Assembly (NCBI GenBank): GCA_965112735.1
Contig: OZ218952.1
Location: forward strand, 1,860,001-1,924,000
Direction of reading: 5' to 3'
Length of the DNA: 64,000 bases
Origin: Phaeosaccion multiseriatum
Lineage: Eukaryota > Protista > Ochrophyta, other classes
The position numbers were made by a program, and so were the translations under genes. Shown here piece by piece: positions 51,474 to 62,492 of the stretch (the stretch's first letter is position 1; every line of letters starts with the position of its first letter). The notes beneath the pieces were generated by a model. It saw only the letters and a list, made by a program, of their open reading frames with translations, was not told the DNA's origin and searched no databases.

Positions 51474-51666
51474 CCCCTGACTCAGGCGGCCCCGAGAATA
51501 ACGCACGAATCACCCGAATCACGCCCTGCCGCGGTTAAAGAATCACGAATCACGGCTCCAGCGGCGGCCTGAGTCCCAAGGTTCCATGACTCAAGGCGCA
51601 CCGCCGAGAATCACGAATCACGCCTCCAGCGGCCGCCTGAATCACGAATCACGCCTAGAACAGGGG
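51474..51666. mobile_element. 193-bp MITE-like insertion
   Basis: Termini CCCCTG...CAGGGG, flanking direct repeat TGACGC (51468-51473 / 51667-51672), internal GAATCAC heptamer array. Confidence 0.65.
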
Positions 51667-51684
51667 TGACGCCGTGACGCCCAC

Positions 51685-51900
51685 GTGGCCAAACAAATGG
51701 AGATGTACATTGTGACTCCTCCTAGGATGTTTGAGCTACCACCTGACCACGAGCATGGGGATGGTCACAAGTCTCTGCTGATCGACGTCACGCTCACTGA
51801 TGCCACCAACGCCACCAATCGGGCCAAAGCGTCGAAGGAGGCACTCGCTCCCCTAAGCAAATGCGGAAGCAACGAAAGAACCAAGTATGGGGTCCCAAGG
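51685..51900 (+). pseudogene. Relic of the restriction-enzyme-like endonuclease domain of a CRE/R2-type non-LTR retrotransposon
   Basis: MEMYIVTPP..KSLLIDVTLTDAT..A..ERTKY resembles the D..LLxDVT..KxxKY REL motif. Confidence 0.55.
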
Positions 51901-52730
51901 GAGGATGTGGAAGGACAGGGTGGAGATTCCGATTTTGCGTACCTACAAGTGTACCCTGGCCAAAAGTCGAGGCCCTGGTGTGTGAGAGGGAGGCTGTGGT
52001 GGAAAAACCTTCGTAGTACTACAGTCGTATGCATTTTGCATTTTCATTGTTTAATATTACCTATCGTACAGTTTTGAAAAATTGAAAGACATGATGACAG
52101 AGAGTGAGACCGGACTCGCCCTTCAATAACTTCGCTCCTGTCGCTCAGAAGCGATCGGGGATCACTGCACCAAAAAGATACACGAGACGCGGAATGCAAC
52201 CCTCCAAATCATAGCACGGAAAAGTCCGTGCCAGCTGTGAACCAGCCCCAAAGGCGATTTCCATCCAAGATTGACTACTCCCTCCCTCCCCCCCCCCCAC
52301 ACACACATTCCCTTCCTTCACTTGCCTCCCGAGATCCCAATCACCTCGAGACTAACAGTACTAACGTACTTCATACGTACTTCCGACTTCCTTCGGATAC
52401 GGCCAATCATTTCGCAGAACAAAAATATAATCTTACTATATCTTATTTATAACCCCCCCTTGCACCCTTACCCCCTCTTCTTGACGAGAGGCCAGGACAC
52501 ACACACTCCACAAAAAGAAACACAAAAAATAGACACCACACGCATACACACACGCGCACGCCCCCACATGCGACGACGCGGTCCGCAAGACAATGACCTT
52601 TTTTTTTTTGCTCTGTCCCCAGACAGAAAACACAACACCTCGTGGATACACCACAAGCCGCACCCACCGCTCGGCTTGTTGCAGAGCGCGCAAGCGACGC
52701 GGCTGGCTGACCGGCTGGCTGACTGCTCAC

Positions 52731-52810
52731 TTACGGACACCGTGTGCCGGAGTAGTCGCCGAAGCCGCAGAACCTGTTGATGCGCAAAGATCAACGAGAA
52801 AAGAGTAGAA

Positions 52811-52853
<43 letters not shown>

Positions 52854-55833
52854 AGAGGAAGAGAGACAGTGGTTTAGGAGACGAAGAATGAGAGCAGAGG
52901 CGGGAAGGGTAGGGTAGGCAGGCAAGGCAAGCGACAAACATACCCCTCCTTCAAAATCCCTGATCCCTCCTATTTTCCCTACCCTCTCTATTCTTTCTAT
53001 CCCCTCCCCTCACCCCTCCCACTTTCCTTACCTGCATTCAGGCTCGCCCACTGCCCCGCATCCGAGACCTACTCCTCCGGTGAGGCAGAGGGGCTCAGTG
53101 TAGCATGGCTCCTCGTCACTGCACGCGCCCGCACATGCATCATCGCCGCCTCCTCCCGTAGAGGGGGTTGGTGGTGGTGATGGCGGGGTGGTGGGGGTAG
53201 GGGCAATTTCCCTCGGCGCAGCGGGGGTGGGTGTTGGGGCCGGGGGAGACGGCGAAGGGCCAGATCCAGATTCCGTGGGGCACGGCACGTTTACGTAGGG
53301 GCCGAAACCGCAGAATCTGGGGAGGGAACAAGACAAAAGGAAGGGGGAACAGGGGGTGTGGGGGGTTAACTCGAGTATTTTGGTGTCAGGGGGCTTGGCG
53401 GGGAAAAGGCGTCCTTGTCAGACTCAAGCACCATAGCGGCGTAACGCGGGTGAAGGGGAAGGGAGAGAGCAAGTAGAAAGGCAAACCTACCTGCATTCCA
53501 GGATACCACGGACGCCGCATCCGAGACCGGCCCCCCCTCCGCGGCAACGGGACTCCCAGTAGCACGGCTCTGTGGCGGTGCACAGAGGAGCACACGTGGT
53601 GTCCGTCGAGTCTCCTCCGGAGGACGGAGTAGGCGTGGGAGGAGTAGGGGTGGGAGGAGTAGGCGTGGGAGGAGTAGGGGTGGGAGGAGTAGGTGTGGGG
53701 GGAGTAGGTGTAGGGGGAGTAGGTGTGGGGCCAGATCCCGTCGGGCACTCGACGCTTTCATAGGGGAAGAAGCCGCAGAATCTGGGGAGCAAAAGAGGGA
53801 AAAAACGGTGGGGAGGGGTGAGTGGTTGTGTGGTGTATGTGGCTCAAGTGGGGGGCTTGTGTGGAGAACGCATTTCAAGGCACAGGTGAAAGAAAGGGTG
53901 CGGGGTGTGCGAGATGTGTCCCTCGGTAGAAAAAACCTTTCCGATACCTGCATGTCAGGATGCCCCTCACGCCGCATCCGAGACCGGCTCCTCCTCCGTC
54001 GCAACGGGGCTCTACATAGCACGGCTCTGTGGCGGTGCACAGAGGAGCACACGTGGTGTCCGTCGAGTCTCCTCCGGAGGACGGAGTAGGCGTGGGAGGA
54101 GTAGGGGTGGGAGGAGTAGGGGTGGGGGGAGTAGGTGTGGGGGGAGTAGGTGTAGGGGGAGTAGGTGTGGGGGGAGTAGGTGTGGGGCCAGATCCCGTCG
54201 GGCACTCGACGCTTTCATAGGGGAAGAAGCCGCAGAATCTGGAGAGCAAAAGAGGGAAGAAACGGTGGGGAGGGGTGAGTGGTTGTGTGGTGTGTATGTG
54301 TATCAAGTGGGGGGCTTGTGTGGAGAAGGCATTTCAGGGCACAGGTGAAAGAAAGGGTGTGGGGTGTGCGAGACGAGTCCTTTGGTAGAAAAAACCTTTA
54401 CGATACCTGCATGTCAGGATGCCCCTCACGCCACATCCGAGACCGGCTCCTCCTCCGTCGCAACGGGGCTCTACATAGCACGGCTCTGTGGCGGTGCACA
54501 GAGGAGCACACGTGGTGTCTGTATCTCCGGCAGTGGGCATAGCAGTTGGCGCGGCGACCGGCGCAGGCGTGGGGGTAGGGCCAGCAGTAGGGGCGGCGAC
54601 CGGAGTCGGGGTAGGGGCGGAAACCGGAGTGGGGGTAGGGGGCACGACGGGTGCAGGAGTAGGAGGAGCAGTGGGCGCGGCAGTGGGAGGAGCAGTGGGC
54701 GCGGCAGTGGGAGGAGCAGTGGGCGCGGCAGTGGGAGTAGACACATTATCCCCAGGGTCCGAGTTGGGAGGAGGGGTGCCCACTCCGCCAAAGGCTCGAG
54801 GCGTAGGAGCGGGCGCAGTGCCACGCTGCGACCTCCACGTGTCGCCGCCGCCGCTGGTGCACGTGGCGGTGGGCTGAGACACACCGTAGGCATCCGCCAC
54901 ACAGGGCGGGCAGTCGGGCACGTCGCCGGGGTTTTGTCCGTTATTGGCATCGCTCCACTGGCAGCGGTCCGTGTAGCACAAGCGGCACCCAGCGCTGAGG
55001 CCAGTGTTGGTGCATCCAGGGGCGTCAGGGTAGTCGAAGCAGACGAGGTCGTAGAAGGCGCCCAGGCCGGTGGAGCGGTCCAGCTGGCTCACAGCGGCGG
55101 TACAGGGCACAGGAGCGTAGTCGCACTCGGGCTCGTTGGCAATGCACGTGTTGTCGATACTCATGACGTCAACCACCCTGGAGGTTGACAGCGGGCCGCC
55201 CTCATTGGTAATGGAGTTGAAGCCTCGCACGCGCACCTGCATGCGGTACACACCGTCGGGCACATGCACTCGGTCCGAGAGGGTAGAGGCAGGCACCACC
55301 GTGGCTCGGGCGTAGCTGGAGCTCGGCAGGTGCGCGTGGCCTCCGCCGAGGACGGTGCTGAGGTAGATAATGTAGTGCGTGACGCCATCGAGGGGGTTCC
55401 ACGTCACTCGGATGCCCTCGAAGCCCTCCTCTGCCGCGTTGGTGACGGTTACAGCATCAATGTCCGACGTCAGGGTCGGGCTCAGCGGCCTATAATGGGC
55501 TCGCACCGAGCTCGGCGCGTTGATGATCTCCGTCAGGCTGTTGGAATTTCTGCGGACGGTAGAGCCGCCGGCGGGGGTCACAGTCCAGTAGGCGAATTCG
55601 TACACTTGTTCGGAGTCCGCCTAGGGGCAATGGCAGTGGATGGGGAGTATGGGGTGTACGGAGGAGGAGCAAGTCAGACAAGAATGTGCCAGACGAAAAA
55701 CATTTGCTTCACACACACACATACACATACGTCAGAGCAAGTGAGGGACAGTCTTTTAACGGGACAAGGAATGTTTTTTCCCACATCGATCGACTCCCCT
55801 TCCTCTTCTCTGTCTCTCTCTTCCCCTTCCCCA

Positions 55834-55877
<44 letters not shown>

Positions 55878-57848
55878 GGAGCAGATTGTCGGGAGAGAGC
55901 CCCAAGTTGTTGCTAGCCATAACGTCAATGGTGCAGGGCGGGTTGCTGCGGGAGCACACCTCTCCAGCCTCGCCGTTACGGAAGGCGGCGCCAAGCACGG
56001 GGGTTGAGCTTACCTCCACCTCATAAGAGCGGGAAGCGGTCACAAACTCTCTCTCCACGAAGGTGCCCTCGACACGGATGGTGGCGGTGAGCGCCACGGT
56101 GGAGGGAAGCTCGTGCGCCAGAGGACTGAAGCTGCCGCTGAAGCCGGTCTGTGCGCCGTTGACAATCCCTTCGTGGGTATGGCATGACTCGGTGCCCTGG
56201 CAGGTGTCGAAGAAGCAGTGGCGAGTCCTCTGCGTCCACACCACGTCCTCCGGGTCCAGCGTAGCGCCCGTCACGGTGAGCGCGTACGAAATGTCCTGGC
56301 CTGCCTCCCACTCCCCCGAGGCAGGGCTCATGGCAATGCTCATATCCACGCCCACCAGCACGCCAAGGTTGGCGCAGTCCTCGCCTCCGTTATTAGTAAT
56401 GGCGGTGACCGAGACAATGTACAGGCCCGGATTGTCGAATGTATGGCTTCTCTGTGCGGCCGCGCCCCCCACGGCCGGAGTGCCGGCATCATCGAAGTCA
56501 AACACGTATCTCACGATGGGGTCCAAGGGGGTGGAGGTGACGGAGGAGGAGGCATCGAAGGTGATGGTGGCTCCGGCCTCCACGTTGGCAGGCACCACGC
56601 TCGGCTGGATGGCAGCCTCAGGGGGCAGCACTCCAACCTGTCGACAATTGATTTGAGTTTGCAGCAGAGCAGGGGCGAGACAGAGAGAAGAGAGAGCGAG
56701 AGAGCGGTAACTTTCATTCAGTGTCCTCAAGAAGAATGACTCAGCGCAGCAGAGCCATTCTATCACATTTCCTTGGTCCATTTGGGGAGGAAAACAATGG
56801 GGAACCCTCCTCAATCCATACCGCCCAGCCCAGCACAGCACTGCACACGCAAAAGTCTCTCCATTCCCGACACTTGGCCTCCCTCCCAACCACCCACCGA
56901 TAATACACACACGTACCTGCGACATGGCCAAGGCGCCGTTGTTTTCGCCGGACCAAACGCTGAAGTACACGAGTCCATCGGGGGCGCTCTTGACGTCAAC
57001 AAACTGCTCTCCTGTGTGCAGCACGTGCCTCGAGTTGTAGTCGGGGCTGCCGTTGGGAAGGCGATCAAAGTACACCGAGCACTGTTTGGGGTAGTCCGTG
57101 AAGATGAGCTTGCCCCCCAGGAAGCCAGAGAGAGGGCCAGTCTCCGGGTAGAAGGACAGGCCGGTGATAGCCCCGTCTCCGGTGGAGCCATTAGGCTGGC
57201 AGGCGTCTGCGGTGCGGTGGCGAGGAGGGAGGCAGCAGTAGCAGCAGCAGCAGCAGCAGTAGCAGTAACCGTGTGAGGGGACGAGGGTATGGCAGCAGCA
57301 GTAGTGCGAGATGGCAATACAGGGAAGCAGCACCCCTCAGCAGCAGTGAAAGACCAACAAGAGCAGCAGCAGCGTGACATGACATGGTTGGACAGCACAG
57401 CACGTCCCCAGCAAAAGAGCAGCCGCAGTGTAAGATGAAGGGTACATGCACAAGTCAGATACTCAGTACCACTCTACCCACCTGGGAACTCGGGGTCGAA
57501 GGGCTCATTGGCGGTATTGCGGTAGGAGTAGACGGGATCGCGATAGAGGGCAAGCCGATTTGAAGTGCGGTACATTGCCGCGCACGCTGTCTTCTCCGGA
57601 CATGATTCCCCTTCCGGACACTCAAAATTGTTAATGTAGCTAGAGAAGCTCGGGTGCGCGAGCGTTCCCTCCATGCAGGGCCACCCAAAGTTGGCCTGCA
57701 CGGTGGTGCGCCCCCTCGGGTCGGGGATCAGGTTGATCTCCTCCTTTGCGTCCAGGCCGGACGAGCCCACGTCACCTGATTGATTGGGGAGGGAACAGAA
57801 ATAGACAGAGAGGGGGGAGGGATGAGGTGAGAAGAAGAGTGGTGCAGA

Positions 57849-57883
<35 letters not shown>

Positions 57884-59135
57884 GGAAGCCCGCTGCCTCC
57901 CCCGGCACAGGGCCTTTCGCCAACGAAGAAGGTAGCGACGGCGGCAGCAGGGCTTGCAAGCCTGCAATTATCTGGCCTCCCAGCAGCAGCAGCAGTAGCA
58001 GCAGAGCAACTCTCCCCCCCCCCCCCCCCACCGCGTTCAAACAGACAGGGCCTTTTCCCCACACACACAGCCACAGCGTCAAAGCAGACAGCACCTTAAA
58101 CACCCACAACACACCCCTGCCGCCACAGCCCCTCTACTCACCGATATAGACGTCCCCCGTGCCGGGCTCCAGGGTCATCTTGAAAGGGTTGCGCAGCCCC
58201 ACTGCGATGATGAAAAAGTCAGTGCCCTCCACCATTTCGTTCCCCCCCCCCGCCAAAAGGTAGCCGCCAGTAATACGCAACACCTTGCCGTTAAGGAAGT
58301 CCATGCGCTGCGAGCGGAAGGCCCCCTGCGGTCGCCAGGGCTGGCCGTCTTGCACGTAGGTCTCATCGTACTCGAGGCCGGTGTCGATGGCCCCCAGCGC
58401 CTGTGAGCCCTCTCCCGAGGACAAAATCATGCTGCCGTCGTCGAGGAAGAGAATGGTGCCCATGTGGTGGGTCATGGAGGAGGCCCACCAGTCACGCTTT
58501 AAGATTTTGTCGGGCACCGCGTCCTGGTACCCGGTAATGACCCCGTTCCCGTTGGTGATGGGCTCAAGGATGAAGCGCTGCAGCACACCCGGTGCCGCGC
58601 AGAACAGGTTCGTGTCCCCAGGGAACCTAATGGTGCACTGGTCATCGGGGTAGGGCGTGGAGGGCTGCCCTGTGTAGAGGACGTATATATAGTAGTTGCC
58701 CCCGATGCCCCAGTTCGGGTGGAAGGCGAAGCTGCTCATGCCCCGGTCATGCCAGCTAAAAACATTGTCGGACCAGTCCAGCAGCCTCCGGTCCACCGTG
58801 GACGCGTCGGAGCCTCGGCTGCGAACGTCCAGGAAGCCGCGCTGATTGAGCATGAAGACGTGCGTGTCCGGTATGGGCGAGCCGGGTGGAGAGAAGGCGG
58901 TCTGGAGAATGTGACTGCTTACTCCCTGGGCTGGCCCCCAAATTCGATTGAGCTCGGTGAATGCGGCCCCCGAGGCCCCCGGTGTTAAGGGGTTGCCCTC
59001 TGAGCATCTCGCCTCCGCGACAGGCGCACTATTGAAGGTCAAAAGCGTCAGCAGTACCAGCATCAGGGCACTGCTGGTCACCACCAGCGGCCTCAACGAC
59101 TGCCTCCGCACCCCATGCTGTGCTGTGGCACCCAT
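52731..59135 (-). CDS. Large secreted PQQ-dependent glucose/sorbosone dehydrogenase (GSDH) + PKD + FN3-like + Pro/Thr linker + Cys-rich repeat protein
   Basis: Hydrophobic leader; DRGMSSFAFHPNW, THHMGTILF, SSGEG, LNGKVLRI, GLRNPFK, GDVG..EEIN..NFGWPCMEG; PKD motifs TITFDASSS..YVFDFDD..SHTFDNPGLYIVSVT. Exons 59135-58142, ~57776-57482, ~57209-56916, ~56637-55876, ~55620-54407, three repeat exons, and 52773-52731. Confidence 0.88.
53487..54520 (-). repeat. Tandem ~458-bp exon+intron duplications encoding (PT)n + Cys-rich modules
   Basis: Near-identical units beginning ~53490, ~53947 and ~54406, including intron sequence. Confidence 0.92.
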
Positions 59136-60692
59136 CCTACTCACGCCTTGGATGCCTGCAGCCGCCCCTCTCCGTGCTGCTGCGCCCCCCGCCACGGTGC
59201 CCCAAAAACCCCTTGCACGGCACAGACCGCTGGCTATAAACAGCGAAATCGCGAAGTCCCGCTCTCTTGCTCCGCACAGGGCCGCTTGAAGAACCGGAGC
59301 TGTGCGTTTGCAAACGGGTTGCAAGGAGATGAGTCAGGCGAAGGCGGACAGTGTGCATAAACGCAGGGAGCACTGAAAGAGCATGTGGTGAGCGTGCAAG
59401 GTAAAACCGTGGCCGAAGAGAAGAGTAAGTTAGTCTCAACTTCATCACGTAAAAATTTGGGGAAAAGATGCGCGCAATACTACTCACCCTCTGTCCTGTA
59501 TCCCTCAGCTCCCTTCTCTCCTCTTGCTCCTTGTTTGCCCTTTGATCGAGTGCTCCTTCCTCCTGTGCTGGTCGTGGTGGTTATTACAGCACGCCTCTCA
59601 ACAGGGGTGACATTGACCTATCAATTCAATCCACGCCGGCTGTTGCTGAAATCAAATTTTATCGACTGGGCGCCTTTTTTGGTGGGTGCGTGGTGAACGG
59701 AATGGAAAATGGAAATTTGCTAATATTTCGAGCGTTTTCGGCTTGTATTCGGGGTTGTGAGGGGATTTACGGGCTCCTCCTGGCCCTCCTCCTTACCCTT
59801 GGCCCCACTGTTCGACTTGGTAGTTTCCTTCACTGGCTGCTGGTGGCCACTTCAGCAGACTGCCGGTGCCGCAAGAGTTAGGAAGGCCCCCTAAACGTGA
59901 CTGCTCACTGAAGGTGCACGGAATAATAAAACGGAGACCACAACAACAGCTGCTGGATTCGACTGGATGATACCTCGGTGTTTGGAGGAGTCGGTGAACC
60001 GTCTCTAACTAATCTTTAACTCAGATTCTTCGCCTGCTTACTCCAACCCTTGGTGGGAGCTTCTTCACTCCCACCCTTGGTCGTGCTGCTCAATGAGCAA
60101 GATTGGGTTTCCGATTTGGCATGAACGAGTGGCCTACTCCATCGAAACTCCACAGTGGGCGGATGAGTAATGGACATCTCACCTTCACACCTGCTGTCCA
60201 CCGGCTGGACTTACCAAGGTGACCAAGGACCCTGCTCAGGAAGTTAGGTGCCTTTACCGGGCTGAACTTCATACGAGAGTTGGAGAACCGAATGGGAGAT
60301 CGACGGCCTGGCGGGACAACTACCGCACAGAGCTTCTGTGAGCGGACACGCATAGCAAATTCTGCTACAGAAGCACGCTGCAAGCATAACCTCTACACCC
60401 AAACTGAGGCTTCACAACCCGACTTTCGGACGACTTCGATCACCCAGAAAATAAGTTAATGAAAGAACAGGGGGGGGGGATTTGGAATTTGGAGCACCAA
60501 CTGCCGAAGATGCGTTAATTGTTACCTTTTCCTTTGTGGAAATTTGCTTTTGTGTAGAGTGGGAACATAAAGGGATGGCGCTAAGGATCTGGAGAGGGGA
60601 ACCAGGCGAGGCTCCTGGCCAGGCTGCTCACAACACATCTCCACTCGACAAAACCAAAGACTGCAGCCTATCTCAACACCGTCGCGAGCATC

Positions 60693-61431
60693 ATGCGATT
60701 CTCCTTCTTCGCCACCGCCCTCCTGGCCTTCCTCGCCATCATCAACCACGCCACCGCCAAGCTCGGGGAGCCCTCCAACGACGAGCTGAAGAAGCGCGAG
60801 CTCGGGGAGGCGGCCACCAGGGAGGCGGCCACTGTGGAGCGGAACCTGTCGTGGACATCTCCCTGGAACAAGCACGGCGGCAAGGTCTCCAAGGACAGCT
60901 CGTCCTCCTCTTCGTCCTCCTCCAGCAGCAGCAGCAGCAGCTCCGACAAGGGCAAGGGCAAGAAGGGAAAGGTAACGCCTTGTTCCCCTCGTGATCTTGT
61001 GACACGTAGCTACTTTTACGATTGCCCTCCTCTGCTGCTGCCTCCCACTCAGCCACACACCTCTCCCATTCCCCCACTCTCGCTTGTATCTCACAGAAGG
61101 GCAAGGGCAAGAAGGGAAAGGTGCGTCGTTTTTTAGCTGTCTTTGTCCCTCACAGCTCCTCCCACTTTCGTCACTCACACCTCTCCCCATTCTCTCTCTC
61201 TTCTCTTTCGTTAACAGGGCAAGGGCAAGAAGGGAAAGGTGCGTGTTTTTTTGTCTTGTTGTCCCTCACAGCCACAGCTCCTCCCACTTTCGTCACTCAC
61301 ACCTCTCCCCATTCTCTCTCTCTCTTCTCTTTCGTTAACAGAAGGGCAAGGGCAAGAAGGGCAAGGGCAAGGGCAAGAAGGGCAAGGGCAAGAAGGGCAA
61401 GGGCAAGGGCAAGGGCAAGGGCAAGCACTAA
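60693..61431 (+). CDS. Secreted silaffin-like poly-Ser/Lys-Gly peptide precursor, copy 2 (137 aa)
   Basis: Exons 60693-60971, 61097-61120 (KGKGKKGK), 61218-61238 (GKGKKGK), 61342-61431; exon 1 protein identical to copy 1. Confidence 0.8.
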
Positions 61432-61773
61432 GAGCTATTTATCAGAAGACAAAGCTTTAAGAATTGTATTTATTAATTAAAAGTATGTTCGGCCCCAGCC
61501 ATGCACGCATAGCCACATCTGTAGGCCTGCACTCCTCGTGGGGCCAGCGAGGCGGAAAGAGCACGAACCAACTACTCCTCACTTCCAATCCATTCGATAC
61601 ATTTGCATAAAACTGACTACTCTTTGCACTCTGGGCACTCCCACCGTCCTCTCCTTCCTTTGATCTCTCCTCTAGCTACGACACTTGAGCGGGTTCCGGG
61701 CCAGCCCAGTAGGCCGCGGGCCTACGGCCCTCGCTAGGCCGGGCAATTTTCCAAAATAGGCCTAGGCCGCTAG

Positions 61774-61877
61774 CCTTTACGTACAGTCAAGCCACATACC
61801 ACCTCAGAAGAAAAGTCCATTCCGAGCGTGCCCTGGCGCGATGGGCCGGTGACCCCAACAAGGGCCACAGAGAAGAA

Positions 61878-61932
<55 letters not shown>

Positions 61933-62492
61933 ACCACGCCCATTAGCCGTTGGTCGCGAAGATCAAGGGGGTGGAGGCACACATGGCCAGGGAGGAAGCA
62001 GGTTTAGGTATGTTTCAGTTTCAGTTTTATTTGACCTCGCTCCAATCAACCTCCCTGAGGGGTAGGCCGCCAGGTTGACAAAGTAGGGAGGAACGTCACC
62101 GGGCTATCAATCCAAGGCCCCAATCCAAGTGCCCATGTGGGTGGCTCCTCACAATTCCTGGGCAATCCGGACAGCTCGCTGTTTCGTTCACTCCTCGTCG
62201 ATGTATGGTGAGTGAGTTTGGGTGCCCAACTTCCCCCAGGGTGGGCGCTGTTTTGTGAGTTTGAGCTCAATTTTTTTCTTTTCCCATCCTCCCCTCGAGG
62301 AAGTAAAAGGAGCAGCGGGAGCTAGTTGGAGGGTATATTGCAAGGACGGGGAAGATAACTGCACTTTCTGCTTTGCCTCCAGTCATTACCGCCGTCCTTC
62401 GATCAAGTAGCAGAGAACAATCTCACAAACGAAGAGGGGAGACCCTCTCTCCCTTGTTCCCTCTCCATAGGTGGCCTTCGTGTTGAATCATG
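61774..62492. repeat. Right outer inverted arm (A')
   Basis: Reverse complement of 43742-44463. Confidence 0.95.

Larger units (their letters stand above)
43742..62492. mobile_element. ~18.75 kb island bounded by long inverted arms (putative cargo-carrying element or inverted segmental duplication)
   Basis: 43742-44463 is the reverse complement of 61774-62492, and ~45247-46305 of 60490-61466. Termini CATGATTC...GAATCATG; flanks gtgtgt / gtgcgt. Confidence 0.7.

Noticed and set aside
52090-52200. C/D snoRNA candidate starting ATGATGA
   Set aside because: No D box (CTGA) at a suitable distance.
59880-60430. Coding or retroelement relic next to the right arm
   Set aside because: All frames are interrupted and no motif was recognised.
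43742-62492. Polinton/Maverick, virophage or Starship identity for the island
   Set aside because: Size and a 6-bp duplication fit Polintons, but no pPolB, integrase, ATPase, capsid or tyrosine recombinase is visible and the termini are not AG..CT.
43742-62492. Assembly fold-back artefact
   Set aside because: The arms differ by many SNPs, indels and exon structure, unlike a chimeric read; read-level confirmation is still desirable.
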